Positions 1-10,686 are shown, counted from the first letter of the stretch. The stretch is 64,000 nt of DNA from an uncultured Methylomirabilota bacterium (GCA_963845565.1 CAWJSJ010000002.1:544001-608000), one strand, 5' to 3'. Numbers and translations are program-made. Notes: generated from the sequence alone by a model not told the origin.

Positions 1-535
1 GAACCGAGAAGCAGCGCATCCTCGATGAGTTCTGTCGGGTGACCGGCTACCACCGGAAGTCGGCCCTGCGCCTCCCCAACGGCCCCCGCCCGCCCGGCGC
101 CCCCGGTGCCCCGGCTGCGGCCGCCGACCTGCGGGATTCGGGTGATCCAGGTGCTGGCCGCCATCTGGCGGGCCGCCGGGTATCCCTCGTCGGTCCGCCT
201 CAAAGCGCTGCTCCCCCTCTGGCTCCCGTGGGCGCGCCCCCGCTTCCGGCTCAGCCCGGCGGTCGAGGCGCAGTTGCGCCGCCTGAGTCCCCGCCAGATG
301 GACCGACGGCTTGCGGCCTACCGGCGGCCCAGCCAGACCGGGCGCTACGGGCGCACGAAGCCGGGGGCGCTCCTGAAGCATCACATTCCGCTGCGAACCG
401 ATCGGTGGGACGTCACCGTCCCCGGCTTCACCGAGATCGACCTGGTGGCCCACTGCGGCGACTCGGGCGACGGGAAGTTCGCGCACTCCCTGAACCTCAC
501 GGACATCCACACCACCTGGGTGGAGACGCGGGCGG
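1..535 (+). pseudogene. DDE/rve integrase-domain transposase fragment (frameshifted, 3'-truncated, runs off left edge)
   Basis: Frames join to give EKQRILDEFCRVTGYHRKSALRL...AIWRAAGYPSSVRLKALLP...TKPGALLKHHIPLRT...PGFTEIDLVAHCG...SLNLTDIHTTWVETRA. Similarity stops at about 535. Confidence 0.75.
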
Positions 536-536
536 C

Positions 537-770
537 CACTGGTGACTTTCCTCCGTTTGGCGAGCCGACGTGCACTTCGAAACCGGCCTTGCTGAACACT
601 TGATAGGGATCGGTGTATTCGGACGCCCAGACACCCGTCGGCCGGTCGCTGCCGGGTACCCGCGCGGTGTTCGTCAGGACGATCAACACCCGCTTGGGCA
701 GCGGGTCGGCGTTCGCGGAACCGCCGAGCACGAACATCGTGATCAATAACGCCAAAGGCAGGATCCGCAT
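537..770 (-). pseudogene. DJ-1/PfpI (type 1 glutamine amidotransferase-like) protein, N-terminal fragment only
   Basis: Signal peptide followed by KRVLIVLTN...TGVWASEYTDPYQVFSKAGFEVHVGSPNGGKSPV, then runs into the antisense of the transposase. Confidence 0.75.
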
Positions 771-971
771 GTTTCCCTCGATGGACATGTCACGCGTGTT
801 GAGTTGCTTACCAATTGACCGGTGGGCACCGAAGTGTCACGTCCGGCGCCGCCCACCCGGGCTCGACGTCCCCCGCCGCCGAATCACAGCCTGCTCACCA
901 GTTGGCACCTCGTTACGATCCCCTTGCGGGAAGAGCTGGTAGAGAGGCTCGGCGTTCAACGGAGGAGAGGA

Positions 972-1298
972 CTATTGCCTACGGTCTCTGCGGCCCAAGT
1001 ACACGAGGAGCGCGGCCACCGTCAAGCTCAAGGCGCCGATCGACCCCGCAGGCATCCAGTCCCGGCTCTGCCAGAACGTGTTGCCGAAGTAGACCGTCAG
1101 GGCGGTGGCGATGCCCACCGCGCCGTACCAGCCCCACCGACTGCCATGGAACATTCCCCACGCGGAGGCGAGAGCGGCCAGCCCTGCGAGACCGCCCATC
1201 ACAATGGATGCGAGGCTCCCCTGAGTGGCGTATCCAATGACGCCGCCTACCAGGAGCAGTCCGCCGTAAATTGCACCAACCGTCGCCGCAGTCTTCAT
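972..1298 (-). CDS. TMEM14 family small membrane protein
   Basis: YGGLLLVGGVIGYATQGSLASIVMG and WMPAG motifs; four hydrophobic segments; GAGGAGG RBS. Confidence 0.8.
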   Translation of the reverse strand: MKTAATVGAIYGGLLLVGGVIGYATQGSLASIVMGGLAGLAALASAWGMFHGSRWGWYGAVGIATALTVYFGNTFWQSRDWMPAGSIGALSLTVAALLVYLGRRDRRQ

Positions 1299-1367
1299 GG
1301 TGTCCTCCTCTGAACAGAATAATCCGGGCTAGGGCCCGTGTGCGGCCGACCCGCTATTCCTTTGCCG

Positions 1368-1550
1368 CTATTCGGTCGCCTGGGTGGGGCGGGCGAAATG
1401 CCGATATAAGTACTCCGCTTGGAGCGGAGTCAGATGGAATCGCATTCCCGCCTGATCGATCAACGCTGATCGGTCGGACTTCGGATTCGCCTTCAGTTCC
1501 CCCGCGATCCAATCCACCGCCTTCTGCACACCCGTCTCAAGCGTAACCAT
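1368..1550 (-). CDS. Small helical hypothetical protein (60 aa)
   Basis: GGAGG RBS; protein-like sequence VQKAVDWIAGELK...LIDQAGMRFHLTPLQAEYL. Confidence 0.65.
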   Translation of the reverse strand: MVTLETGVQKAVDWIAGELKANPKSDRSALIDQAGMRFHLTPLQAEYLYRHFARPTQATE

Positions 1551-1704
1551 TGTCGCCTCCGCGCGCCCGATCGAACGCCGACCGGGTCAGACGTGACTTT
1601 GTGTTTGCGTCCCGCGTTATCGCATCGCGCTCCAATCGCTGCCGATTGACATGCCGTGGCCCGCAGGTCGGCGGGGATAGGGCGGAACGCTCGACGCAGC
1701 GTGG

Positions 1705-2145
1705 TCAGTCCGCCGTCAATGCGGCCTCGGGCGTCCGCCGGACCGTGAGGGTGTCCGCTTTGTGCTGGTGTTCCAGCCGTTCCGCGCACGGCACGCAGTG
1801 GATCGCCTCCGGCAGGGCAGTCAGGCGGCCGGCGGGGATCGGTTTTCCGCAAAGGTCGCAGACACCGTATGTCCCCTCTCGCACCTTGTCCTTCGCCCTC
1901 GACAGCGCCCTCAGGCGGCCCAACAAGATCTCGCGCGAGGCGAGGACCTCCGTCTTGGCCAACCCGTCCTGCATCTCCTCCAGTGCGTCCGCCCAGGGGG
2001 TGTTGTCGCCGGTCTCCTGGCCTCGCTCGCGGAGGCCGCTCCGGCGATCGAGCGCCAACAACCGCTGGCGCGTCTGTCGTGCGTCGCCGTCGAATCGCCC
2101 GGCCGACGGGCTGCTGGGATGGGCCGCATGACTCTTGCCAAGCAT
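1705..2145 (-). CDS. TraR/DksA family C4 zinc-finger protein
   Basis: GTYGVCDLCGKPIPAGRLTALPEAIHCVPC; ATG at 2145 after AGGAG. Confidence 0.85.
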   Translation of the reverse strand: MLGKSHAAHPSSPSAGRFDGDARQTRQRLLALDRRSGLRERGQETGDNTPWADALEEMQDGLAKTEVLASREILLGRLRALSRAKDKVREGTYGVCDLCGKPIPAGRLTALPEAIHCVPCAERLEHQHKADTLTVRRTPEAALTAD

Positions 2146-2319
2146 GGTGCGCACTCCTCTCCGGGGGCCAGCCCCCAAAAACAAGAACCTCTGGCGCCCG
2201 ATGGCGTCAGAGGTCTCGATCCGCGGAATCGTGATGATCCGCCGGTGGGCCGGATCGCCTTCACGGGCGATCGTCCTGACGGCCACACCGCATGTTGCCT
2301 GATCTACTCCCCTCGTCCA

Positions 2320-2353
2320 TAGTAACGTTACTACGGGGAGGGTCCGGTGTCAA
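2320..2353 (-). promoter_or_regulatory. Sigma70-like promoter for the dksA-like gene, with a perfect palindrome over the -10
   Basis: Minus strand TTGACA-17-TAACGT; palindrome TAGTAACGTTACTA at 2320-2333. Confidence 0.5.
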
Positions 2354-2529
2354 GTTAAAATGCGAATATTCGAAGATATATAACGAGTGTCCGTACCACC
2401 TAGAGACACCCCGTTCGCCCTACTCTGTTCCGCCCGCATCGTGCGCATGGGACGAGGGGCTTCGCGTCCTTGACAGGACGGGGCCGGCGGCCTAGTGTAA
2501 TCGAAATAGCGCTCCGAGGAGGTGCCGCC

Positions 2530-3267
2530 ATGCCGTTACTCGACGCCGCCATCAACCATTTCGAGACCGTGCAGCGGGCACTGCGCCTCTCCCCGCCGCT
2601 CCGGCGGGCGGGGGGGGTCGCCTTTCTTCTCTTGGTGGGGTGTTTTCAGTACCTGGCGTTACCCCAGCTGGCCAAGACCCCGCTCTACCTTCTCGCCCTG
2701 ATCCCCATCGCGTTTCTCGAGCCCCTCCCCATCGCCACAGCCTTTTCCGTCCTCGCGGCGGCCATCTCCTTCGGCGCGGAGGTGCTCGCCGATCCTGGTT
2801 GCGTTGCGCTGGTGTTCCCGTATTGGTCGGCCTTGGCGCGATTGATCGGCTTTGGTCTCGTCACCACGGCGATCTCCATGGCCGTCGGTGAGCATGACCG
2901 GGTCCGCCTGTCTGAGCGGGCGCTTCAAGAGAAGGTCCGAGAGCTGGAGCACGCGAACCGCGCCCTCGAAGAGAGCATGCGGGAACTCCACAGGCTGCAA
3001 GAGACGCTCGCGGCGAAGGAGCGGCGGGTCGTCGTTGCCGAAGCGGCCCAGGCGGCGACCTACGAAATAGAGCGGCCCCTGATGTCCATGTCGGTGTTCA
3101 GCGAAGAGTTGCTGCGATTGGCCGAGCCGGACGCGAACATTCATCCCCTCGCCGAGAAGATCTCGGAGCGAGTCGAGGATATGGAGCGGATTCTGAAAGG
3201 CGTGCGAGAGGCCCGGAAGGCCACGGATTCACCCGCAGGCCCCCCGCCCTCGGATAAAACCGCGTAG
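2530..3267 (+). CDS. Membrane protein with coiled coil and HisKA-like helical hairpin, no ATPase domain
   Basis: About four TM segments, coiled coil, then AATYEIERPLMSM resembling an H-box; GAGGAGG RBS; TTGACA-17-TAGTGT at 2470-2498. Confidence 0.65.
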   Translation: MPLLDAAINHFETVQRALRLSPPLRRAGGVAFLLLVGCFQYLALPQLAKTPLYLLALIPIAFLEPLPIATAFSVLAAAISFGAEVLADPGCVALVFPYWSALARLIGFGLVTTAISMAVGEHDRVRLSERALQEKVRELEHANRALEESMRELHRLQETLAAKERRVVVAEAAQAATYEIERPLMSMSVFSEELLRLAEPDANIHPLAEKISERVEDMERILKGVREARKATDSPAGPPPSDKTA

Positions 3268-3430
3268 ACCGGCTGAAGGGCCCGAGCAATTCCAGGAGGC
3301 GACGCGAATCACGCGGATTCAGGCGGGCGCTTCGGTCCGTATTTCGACCAGGAATGTGCGTCGTATCGCGGGCGATCCCTCAACATGGCCGCCCATTCCG
3401 CCGCGACGCGTTCCCTTTCTTGCCTTGCCT

Positions 3431-4558
3431 TCATTCTCTCGTGCTGTCCGGATCAATCCCTGCGCTCTTGCACCAGTCGCGATAGGCGAACGGCGAAATC
3501 TCGGACGGCTTGATCTCGCTGCGGCCGCCCCAGAAGACGTTGGTATAGCCGACAGGGATGCCGGCGTCGGCGAGGTGTTGGTCGATGGCGGCCTTGTGGG
3601 CCAGCAGGAGCTGCTTATCGGTTCCGTGGGCGACACCCATGATGTTCACGTGGTGAAACTCGGGGCCGCCCTCGCGCCAGTAGGCGTGCGTCATGATGTG
3701 GTGCCGACCCACTTCCCGGCCGGCGTCCAGCTCGCGGCCCGGCGGCACCGCCCAGTGAAACAGCGCATTGAAGCGGGTCACACGCTCGCCCCCTGCCGAG
3801 GCCTTGACGTGCTCCAAAAAGGTCGAGAAGCGGCCGATGATCTTGCGGTTGTTGAAGTCCCCGGCGATCGCGAAGAACGTCTCCAGCGGCACCCCCGCTT
3901 CTTTGGCGCGCGCCTCCCAGAGCTGCGGAGCGATTTCCTCCGGGGAAAACTCGCGCTTCAGCGCCACCAGGGCGCGCCACTCCGGCTCGTTCAGCGTGAC
4001 GATGGTCACGTCGGTGACATCGGCCGGCACCTCCGCACGGCTGCCCGGCTCCAGCCCACGCCGCCGCACGTGGCCGACGCCCAGCGTGAACAGCTTCTTC
4101 GCGGGCAACAGGAGAAACCTCTCCGCGCCCGTCTGCCGCGCGAGCACCTCGCAGTGCTGGGTCATCGAGAAGCCTTGCGGGACCTTCAGCGTCGTCCAAA
4201 GCCGGTACTTGGCCCCGGTGGCGGCGACATCGGTGGTGCGGATCACCACATGCCCGCTGAACGGGTCACGCTGAAACATGTAATCGAAGGCCGCGTCCAG
4301 CTTGGCCTGCGGCACCTGCCACGCCACGAGCGCGCCCTGCGCGAGGTTGGTGGCCAGCAGCGTCTGCCGCACCCGGCGGATCGTCCCCGCCCGCAGCATC
4401 GCCCGGATGCGCGCGGTCACCTCCGACACCTCCACCCCCGATTGCCGGGAGATCTCCCCCAGCGGATCGCGCTGGAACCCCTCGAGCCGATCCTCGGATA
4501 CGGCGAGGATCCTGGCGTTGATCGGATCGGTGAAAGTCGTCGGGATGGCGTTCGTCAT
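3431..4558 (-). CDS. Lrp/AsnC-fold protein, siroheme decarboxylase (AhbA/AhbB, NirDL)-like two-domain fusion
   Basis: Two wHTH+RAM repeats; GTIRRV, GALVAWQVP, SGHVVIR and THAYWR (HxYxR) motifs. Confidence 0.65.
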   Translation of the reverse strand: MTNAIPTTFTDPINARILAVSEDRLEGFQRDPLGEISRQSGVEVSEVTARIRAMLRAGTIRRVRQTLLATNLAQGALVAWQVPQAKLDAAFDYMFQRDPFSGHVVIRTTDVAATGAKYRLWTTLKVPQGFSMTQHCEVLARQTGAERFLLLPAKKLFTLGVGHVRRRGLEPGSRAEVPADVTDVTIVTLNEPEWRALVALKREFSPEEIAPQLWEARAKEAGVPLETFFAIAGDFNNRKIIGRFSTFLEHVKASAGGERVTRFNALFHWAVPPGRELDAGREVGRHHIMTHAYWREGGPEFHHVNIMGVAHGTDKQLLLAHKAAIDQHLADAGIPVGYTNVFWGGRSEIKPSEISPFAYRDWCKSAGIDPDSTRE

Positions 4559-4893
4559 GCGCGGCGTGCTCCCCATTCGCGTGCGGCCCTTGTGACACCC
4601 TGGACGCAGGTTTTCTCCCTTCCGCAACCGCTCTTCGCCCCCACCCCTAATCTATCCTGTTAGGAGCCGTTGCGAAATAACTTGCCCATATTTTGTAATT
4701 TCGTGCGGAAGATCCGCCATCGGTCAGGGAACGATCCGGCGCCTTCCCGGCGAAGGGGCCGGGCGGCGTCCGTTGTTGGGTATGCGCAGAGCGATCCCCC
4801 AGACGACGGCCCGAAGGCTGTCCCGTGGGCGAGGTTTTCGGTGCGGTCGACGGTTACAGTGAAACGGAGGCGGGTTCGTCTACTGGAAGGAGA

Positions 4894-4940
4894 TGGTGGG
4901 CAGGGGCAGAATTGAACTGCCGACACCAGGATTTTCAGTC
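4894..4940 (-). repeat. att-site copy: 3' 47 nt of tRNA-Phe
   Basis: TGGTGGGCAGGGGCAGAATTGAACTGCCGACACCAGGATTTTCAGTC is identical to 15846-15892. Confidence 0.95.
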
Positions 4941-5335
4941 GGCCCGAGTCGGATGATGCGGGAGAGTGATAGAGAGAGATCAGACGTGCTAGACGCTGAC
5001 GGGAAAAGGAGTTACACAGATTCCAAGGGAGGACGAGCGTAGCTGGAGTGTGACCTAACGCGATGGTCAAGTGGCACTTTTAGTGGCACCAGCAACGGTA
5101 CCAGAATTCCGGTCGGAGCCAATTGTGGTTAGCGAGTGGTTGAGGGCGCACAGCAAGGCAATACCCGCCCCGTGCCCCAAAGGGGAAGTCTCCATCCGGT
5201 TGGAGATGTTTCCTGGTTTGCGCCACGCCTGGGGTGTCCGGCAATTCGAGTGGCCCCAGCGAACAACTCCACTACCCGCCTGCGGCCCGCCACACCCCTC
5301 CCCAGAATGCCCAACACCGTGACGCCGACCGCGTC

Positions 5336-5677
5336 TCACCCCCGGAACGCGTTGATCAGGCGGTGGAGGGGGTTCGTGAGTCCAGACGGGCGATTGAGCA
5401 GCCCAGGCTTCTTCGTGTCGAGGTACTTCTTGCCGGCCTCGAATTTCTGCGTCACGCCTCGTCGCAGGTCCTCGAGTCTTTCGGTCACGTCGTCATACAC
5501 CTCGGCCGCCTGATCTTTGACGTCCTCCGCCGTACGGAGGAGTTGCCGCCGGGTGCGCTCGCCCGATCGGGGTGCCGTGAGGAGTCCCACCGCTGCGCCC
5601 ATCACGACGCCCCCCAGCAGGAGGAGCACGCCTCGCCCCCCGTGGTTCATCTCCGACCGCTCCGCTACGTGTCGCAT
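5336..5677 (-). CDS. YtxH domain-containing protein
   Basis: LLGGVVMGAAVGLLTAPRSGERTRRQL signature. Confidence 0.85.
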   Translation of the reverse strand: MRHVAERSEMNHGGRGVLLLLGGVVMGAAVGLLTAPRSGERTRRQLLRTAEDVKDQAAEVYDDVTERLEDLRRGVTQKFEAGKKYLDTKKPGLLNRPSGLTNPLHRLINAFRG

Positions 5678-6185
5678 ATCCCCAGCCTCCTTTCGCTGCC
5701 CGACAGCCATTGCCAGTTCGTCGCTGGCTGCCCGACCCTGGTCCGTATGGGTCCGCGGCATTCCTGCCGCAGGCTCCTTTAGCTTGTCCGTCCCGCACCA
5801 CCCGCCGGGAGGACTGGCCGGACCGGACCAACTCAAAACCCCGGCGCCCGGGGGCTGCGCCACCGGTGAGGGGGAATTATTCGACACCCTGCCCGCGGCT
5901 GTCAAGGAAAAAGGAGTAGACACATCCTGTATTGGGACCGGGCAGCGGCAGGTGCTCCCGACCACTCGCGCAACCGAACGTGGTGGATTTGGCCTGCGGT
6001 CCCTTTGACTTCGCCAGCGATCTGGTTGACCCGCCTGCCGGGCGCGTTTTGGCGAATCAGTTGTCCGGTGGAGTCGGCGGGATTCGGGTCTGTGTGACTT
6101 TTGGATTTACCCCCTCAGATTATCAAGCGTCGATTGTCCAGATCACCATCATGGCTTTAATGGCGTGATGTTATCTCCTATTTGT

Positions 6186-6223
6186 GGTGACGATACATGA
6201 TTTAATCACAATGTATCGTAACC
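6186..6223. promoter_or_regulatory. Operator-like inverted repeat in an AT-rich patch
   Basis: GGTGACGATACAT-N12-ATGTATCGTAACC (one mismatch), with inner TGATTTAATCA. Confidence 0.45.
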
Positions 6224-6445
6224 GGACATGCCTACCATTAGTCCATCCAGAATGCAGGGGTAGAGGCCGAACTCTGGGCGTCTGAATCTGTCTCGCTGAT
6301 CGCCCTGGTCGCTGCCGGTCTTTCGCGGGGAGACAGCTTGAGGCTCTTCCTTACGACTGTCCTGTACTCCCCTGCGTTCTAAAGGAGGCCAAGGGCTGCC
6401 TTTCGGGAGCCGACGCTTGCGGCAGTTGCCGGCAACGAGCCAGCG

Positions 6446-7085
6446 GTGCCGCCATGGATGGTGTGGAAAAACTGCTTGATTCGAATGCCACAAGCAGCCG
6501 CTTTGTTTATCTACAGTTGGCTCGCCGCTTCGTATCGCGCCTTGCGACGATACAGCCATCAATGCTATCCTATCGTCATGCAGACCACGGCGAGGCAGCA
6601 GCTGGCGATCCACAAGGGGCAGGCGGTGGCCCTCTGCTGGCTGCTGCAACAGCCAGTCGGGTCGGGCGGAGACTTACTCGCGGGGCTCACGCGGACGCTG
6701 GCCTTCAGCAGGCCGCTGAGCGGGACAGAATGGTCCGCCATGCCACCCGTGGCCCCGGGATCGGGAGACGCAGGCCTTTCACCGGCGGGTGCTGCGGCTC
6801 TTCCGCCAGGGCCTCGCGATTCGCTGTCCGGTGGTGGCGAACGTATCGCCAACCGCCCGCGGGCTGAAGGTCGAACGACGCGGCGACTCGAAGGCGCAGG
6901 ATCAGGGCCTGCTCCAACTGCTGGAGGCCCGAGGCGACCGCCTGCGCCGCTGTCGGCACTGCGGGGCGTGGTTCTGGCGGGAGCGCAAGCGAGAGTATTG
7001 CCAGCCCTGCTTCCAGTCGGGCACGGCCCGCAGCAAGGTCCACCGGGCGAAGGCGAAGGCGGCGCAGGGGCGGACGCTGGCGTAA
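6446..7085 (+). pseudogene. Decayed CGNR-like zinc-finger protein (5' boundary approximate)
   Basis: C-terminus RLRRCRHCGAWFWRERKREYCQPC...RSKVHRAK; upstream protein-like segments lie in different frames. Confidence 0.5.
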
Positions 7086-7214
7086 CACGTTTCAGTCGTC
7101 CACGACCAGGCGGCACGCGCGGCGCGGCGGAAGTGGAGGGGTGAACGGAGCGGGGCGAGCCACGGGCACGCGGCGCGGCCCGCCAGACGGTCATGCCGTG
7201 AGGTGCGCGCGGGG

Positions 7215-8706
7215 TTACCGGTCAATCCCGCCGAGGCAGACGTATTTGACCTCGAGGAACTCCTCGATGCCGTACTTCGACCCCTCGCGGCCGATGCCGG
7301 ACTGCTTCACGCCCCCGAAGGGCGCCACCTCGGTCGAGAACACGCCGGTGTTGACGGCCACGATCCCCGCCTCCAGCCCCTCCGCCACGCGGAAGATCCG
7401 GCCGATGTCGCGCGAGTAGAAGTAGGCCGCCAGCCCCAGGTCGGTGCGATTGGCCAGCGCGAGCGCCTCGGCGTCGGTGTGAAATCGCACCAGGGGCGCC
7501 ACCGGCCCAAACGTCTCCTCCTGGAAGACGCGCATGTCGGGTTCGACCTCGCGGAGCACGGTGGGTTCGAAGAACTGGCCGCCCAGCGCGTGGCGCCGTC
7601 CGCCGACCACCACGGCCGCGCCCTTGATGAGCGCATCGGTGATGTGCGCCTCGACCTTGGCGACGGCGGCCAGATCGATGAGGGGACCCACCTGGACCCC
7701 CGGCTCCGTGCCGGGCCCGACCTTCAAGCGCCCGCACGCGCTCCGCGAACTTCCGCGCGAACACGTCGAAGATCCCATCCTGCACCAAGATGCGATTGGC
7801 GCAGACGCAGGTCTGGCCGGTGTTGCGGAACTTGGAGGCCAGCGCCCCCTCGACGGCCTGCTCGACGTCGGCGTCGTCGAAGACGAGGAAGGCGGCGTTC
7901 CCTCCCAGTTCGAGCGAGATCTTCTTGATCGTCTCGGCGCTCTGGCGCATCAGGATCCGCCCCACCTCGGTGGAGCCCGTGAAGGTGATCTTGCGAACCT
8001 GCCGGCTCTCGGTGAGCGTTCCCCCGATCTCGGCGGCCGAGCCGGTCACCACGTTGAAGACCCCATTCGGCACGCCGGCCTCGTGGGCCAGGGCCGCCAA
8101 GGCCAGGGCCGAGAATGGCGTCTGCGACGCCGGCTTCAAGACCATCGTACAGCCCGCGGCGAGGGCGGGGCCCGCCTTGCGGGTCACCATCGCCGACGGG
8201 AAGTTCCAGGGCGTGATGGCCCCGCACACCCCCACCGGTTGCTTGAGGACCAGGATGCGCTTGTCGGCCTGGTGCGGTGGGATCACATCGCCATAGACCC
8301 GCTTGGCCTCCTCGGCGAACCACTCCAGGAACGCCGCACCGAACGCGACCTCGGCCTTCGCCTCGGCGAGCGGTTTCCCCTGCTCCGTCGTCATGAGCAC
8401 GGCCAGGTCGTCCTGATTCGCCAGGATCAACTCATACCAGCGGCGCAGGATCGCGGCGCGCTCCTTCGCGGTCTTGGCCCGCCACGCAGGCATGGCCTTG
8501 CTGGCGGCCTCGATGGCCCGGCGGGTCTCGCTCGCCCCCATCTGGGGCACCGTACCGACGAGGGCGCCCGTCGCGGGGTTGCACACCCGAATCGTGGCGC
8601 CGCTCTCCGCGTCGCACCACTGGCCGTCCAGGAATGCCTGCTGACGAAACAGCGAGGCGTTCTTCAGGTGCCGCGTATCTTGGTGGGTCTCCATTAACCC
8701 GATCAT
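7215..8706 (-). pseudogene. gabD: NAD(P)-dependent succinate-semialdehyde dehydrogenase, one frameshift near 7727
   Basis: [32 protein letters not shown] in one frame; EETFGPV and [28 protein letters not shown] in another. May be a sequencing indel. Confidence 0.85.
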
Positions 8707-9532
8707 GGGCCGTTCCTCCTATGGGTTCTTCCGCGGGTCCTCCCGGGGTCCCGCGGGTGTTTGTTCGACCGCGCACGACCGTGCGCACCGCTCGTACACG
8801 TCTAGTTCAAGACATTAAGCGGAGGAAGTCAATCCGGTATGGATCGCAGCCGCACGCCTCCGGGACGATCAGCCCGCATAACGGCCCGGGAGGGTACCGG
8901 AGTCGAGACCGAGCGAGCGGCGACGCGGCGCAAGGAGTCCCGGGGTTCTTGCTCCGTTGGAGGGCCGGGGGGCGGACCCATAATGGAGCGAACCATCCAA
9001 TCTGCCACGGGCACGCAGTGGAAGGTGATCGGCAATGGTTAGAGCACAGGGGGAACGGACTGCCATTGAGCAAAACGCCAATCGAGAGTATGTGGGATCT
9101 ATAACCATCGACGCAGTAGGGAGCTACTTCTCTGTAAACAACCGTCCGGTGGTTTTCGGGGGAGACGGTTGTTTATGGGTGATTTCGTACAGGTAGCAGG
9201 ATCTGTCTCGGAAGCGGAAACGCGGGTTCGAATCCCCAGCAGGATTCGATGGCCTTTGGAAGGTCGAGATTCCAGGAAGCGTGAGCAGTGCTCGCCCACA
9301 AACGCCACGAGGGCCGAGGTGATGCCCTCGACGTTCGCGATGCGCTCCCATAGTGACCGCTGCTAGCCGCGCCTGTCTGCAATCTGGGGATTGACGCTTA
9401 CCGTTATACAACTTGCGCACCGTACCGCGGGACGACGACGTGGCTGGGGACGGGAGCTTCGCAGGAACGCGCGGTATGCGTTTTCGGGATCGACAGGTCC
9501 ATGGGCGGCGCTGCTCTGACTCCATGCCCGCG

Positions 9533-10671
9533 TCAGTTCTCAAGGAGAAAGCGGGCCGGGTCCTCGATCAACTCCTTGACGCGGACGAGGAACTGCACCG
9601 CCTCCCGACCGTCCACGATCCGGTGGTCGTAGCTCAACGCCACGTACATCATGGGCCGGACCACGACCTGGCCGCCCCGGACCACGGGCCGCGCCTCGAT
9701 CTTGTGGAGGCCCAGGATGCCCACCTGAGGCGAGTTCAGGATCGGGGTACTGAGCAGGGAGCCGAAGACCCCCCCGTTGGTGATGGTGAAGGTCCCGCCC
9801 CGTAGGTCGGCCAAGGTGAGGGTCTGATCCGCGGTCTTCTGGGCGAGGGCCGTCACGGCCCGCTCGATCTCGATCAGGCCCAGCCGGTCGGCGTCCCGGA
9901 TCACCGGGACCACCAGCCCTTCCTCGGCCCCCACGGCCACCCCGATGTCGTAGTAGTGCTTCAGCACCATCTCCTCCCCCTGGATCTCGGCGTTGAGCCG
10001 GGGGAAGGCTTTGAGGGCACCGACGGCCGCCTTGATGAAAAAGGCGGTGAGCCCCGGGAAGAGGCCGTGGCGTGCCAGGGTGACCTCGCGCAGCCGGGTT
10101 CGGAGCTCCTGGAGGGAGCCCATGTCCACCTCGTTGAAGGTCGTGAGCATGGCGGCGGTTCGAAGGGACTCGACCAGGCGGCGGGCGATGGTCTGCCGGC
10201 GCCGGGACATGGGCACCCGCTCCTCGCCGCGGGCGTCGGTGGGGGATCGCGGGGCGGGCGTCTCGGCAGGAAGCGGCGGGGACAGGCGCGGGAATGATCG
10301 CCGACGCTTCCAGGATCCTCGGCTCCGCTAGGGGAGGGCGGCCCTGCGACCTTCGCGGCGGGCGGGGCCGCAGGCCTCGTCTCGCCGGTCTTGCCCGCCG
10401 GGGCGGCCGTCTCGGCCGCGGGCGAAACGGGAGCCGCGGCTTCCGCGATCGTGCCCAGGACGTCCCCTGGGCGGACCTCTGCACCGGCTGGTTTGGCGAT
10501 GGCCAGGATGCCGGCCGCCTCGGCGGCGACCTCCAGGTTGACCTTCTCGGTCTCCAGCTCCACGACGGCTTCGCCCGCCGCCACGGTCTCCCCGTCGTCC
10601 TTCAGCCAGCGGGCCACGATGGCGCTGACGACCGATTCCCCCATCTCCGGCACGATGATGCGCGTGGGCAT
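9533..10671 (-). pseudogene. sucB: 2-oxoglutarate dehydrogenase E2 (dihydrolipoamide succinyltransferase), frameshift in linker about 10270-10330
   Basis: Lipoyl domain (ELETEKVNLEV) and catalytic domain ([20 protein letters not shown]) are in different frames. Confidence 0.85.
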
Positions 10672-10686
10672 GCGGCTCTCCTCGCG

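Noticed and set aside
4662..4682. GAGCCGTTGCGAAA resembling GAGCCGTTGTAAAA near 26236 as an IS end
   Set aside because: Match too short, with no partner repeat or transposase.
4894..4940. Second functional tRNA-Phe
   Set aside because: Lacks the 5' acceptor strand and D-arm; it is an att duplicate.
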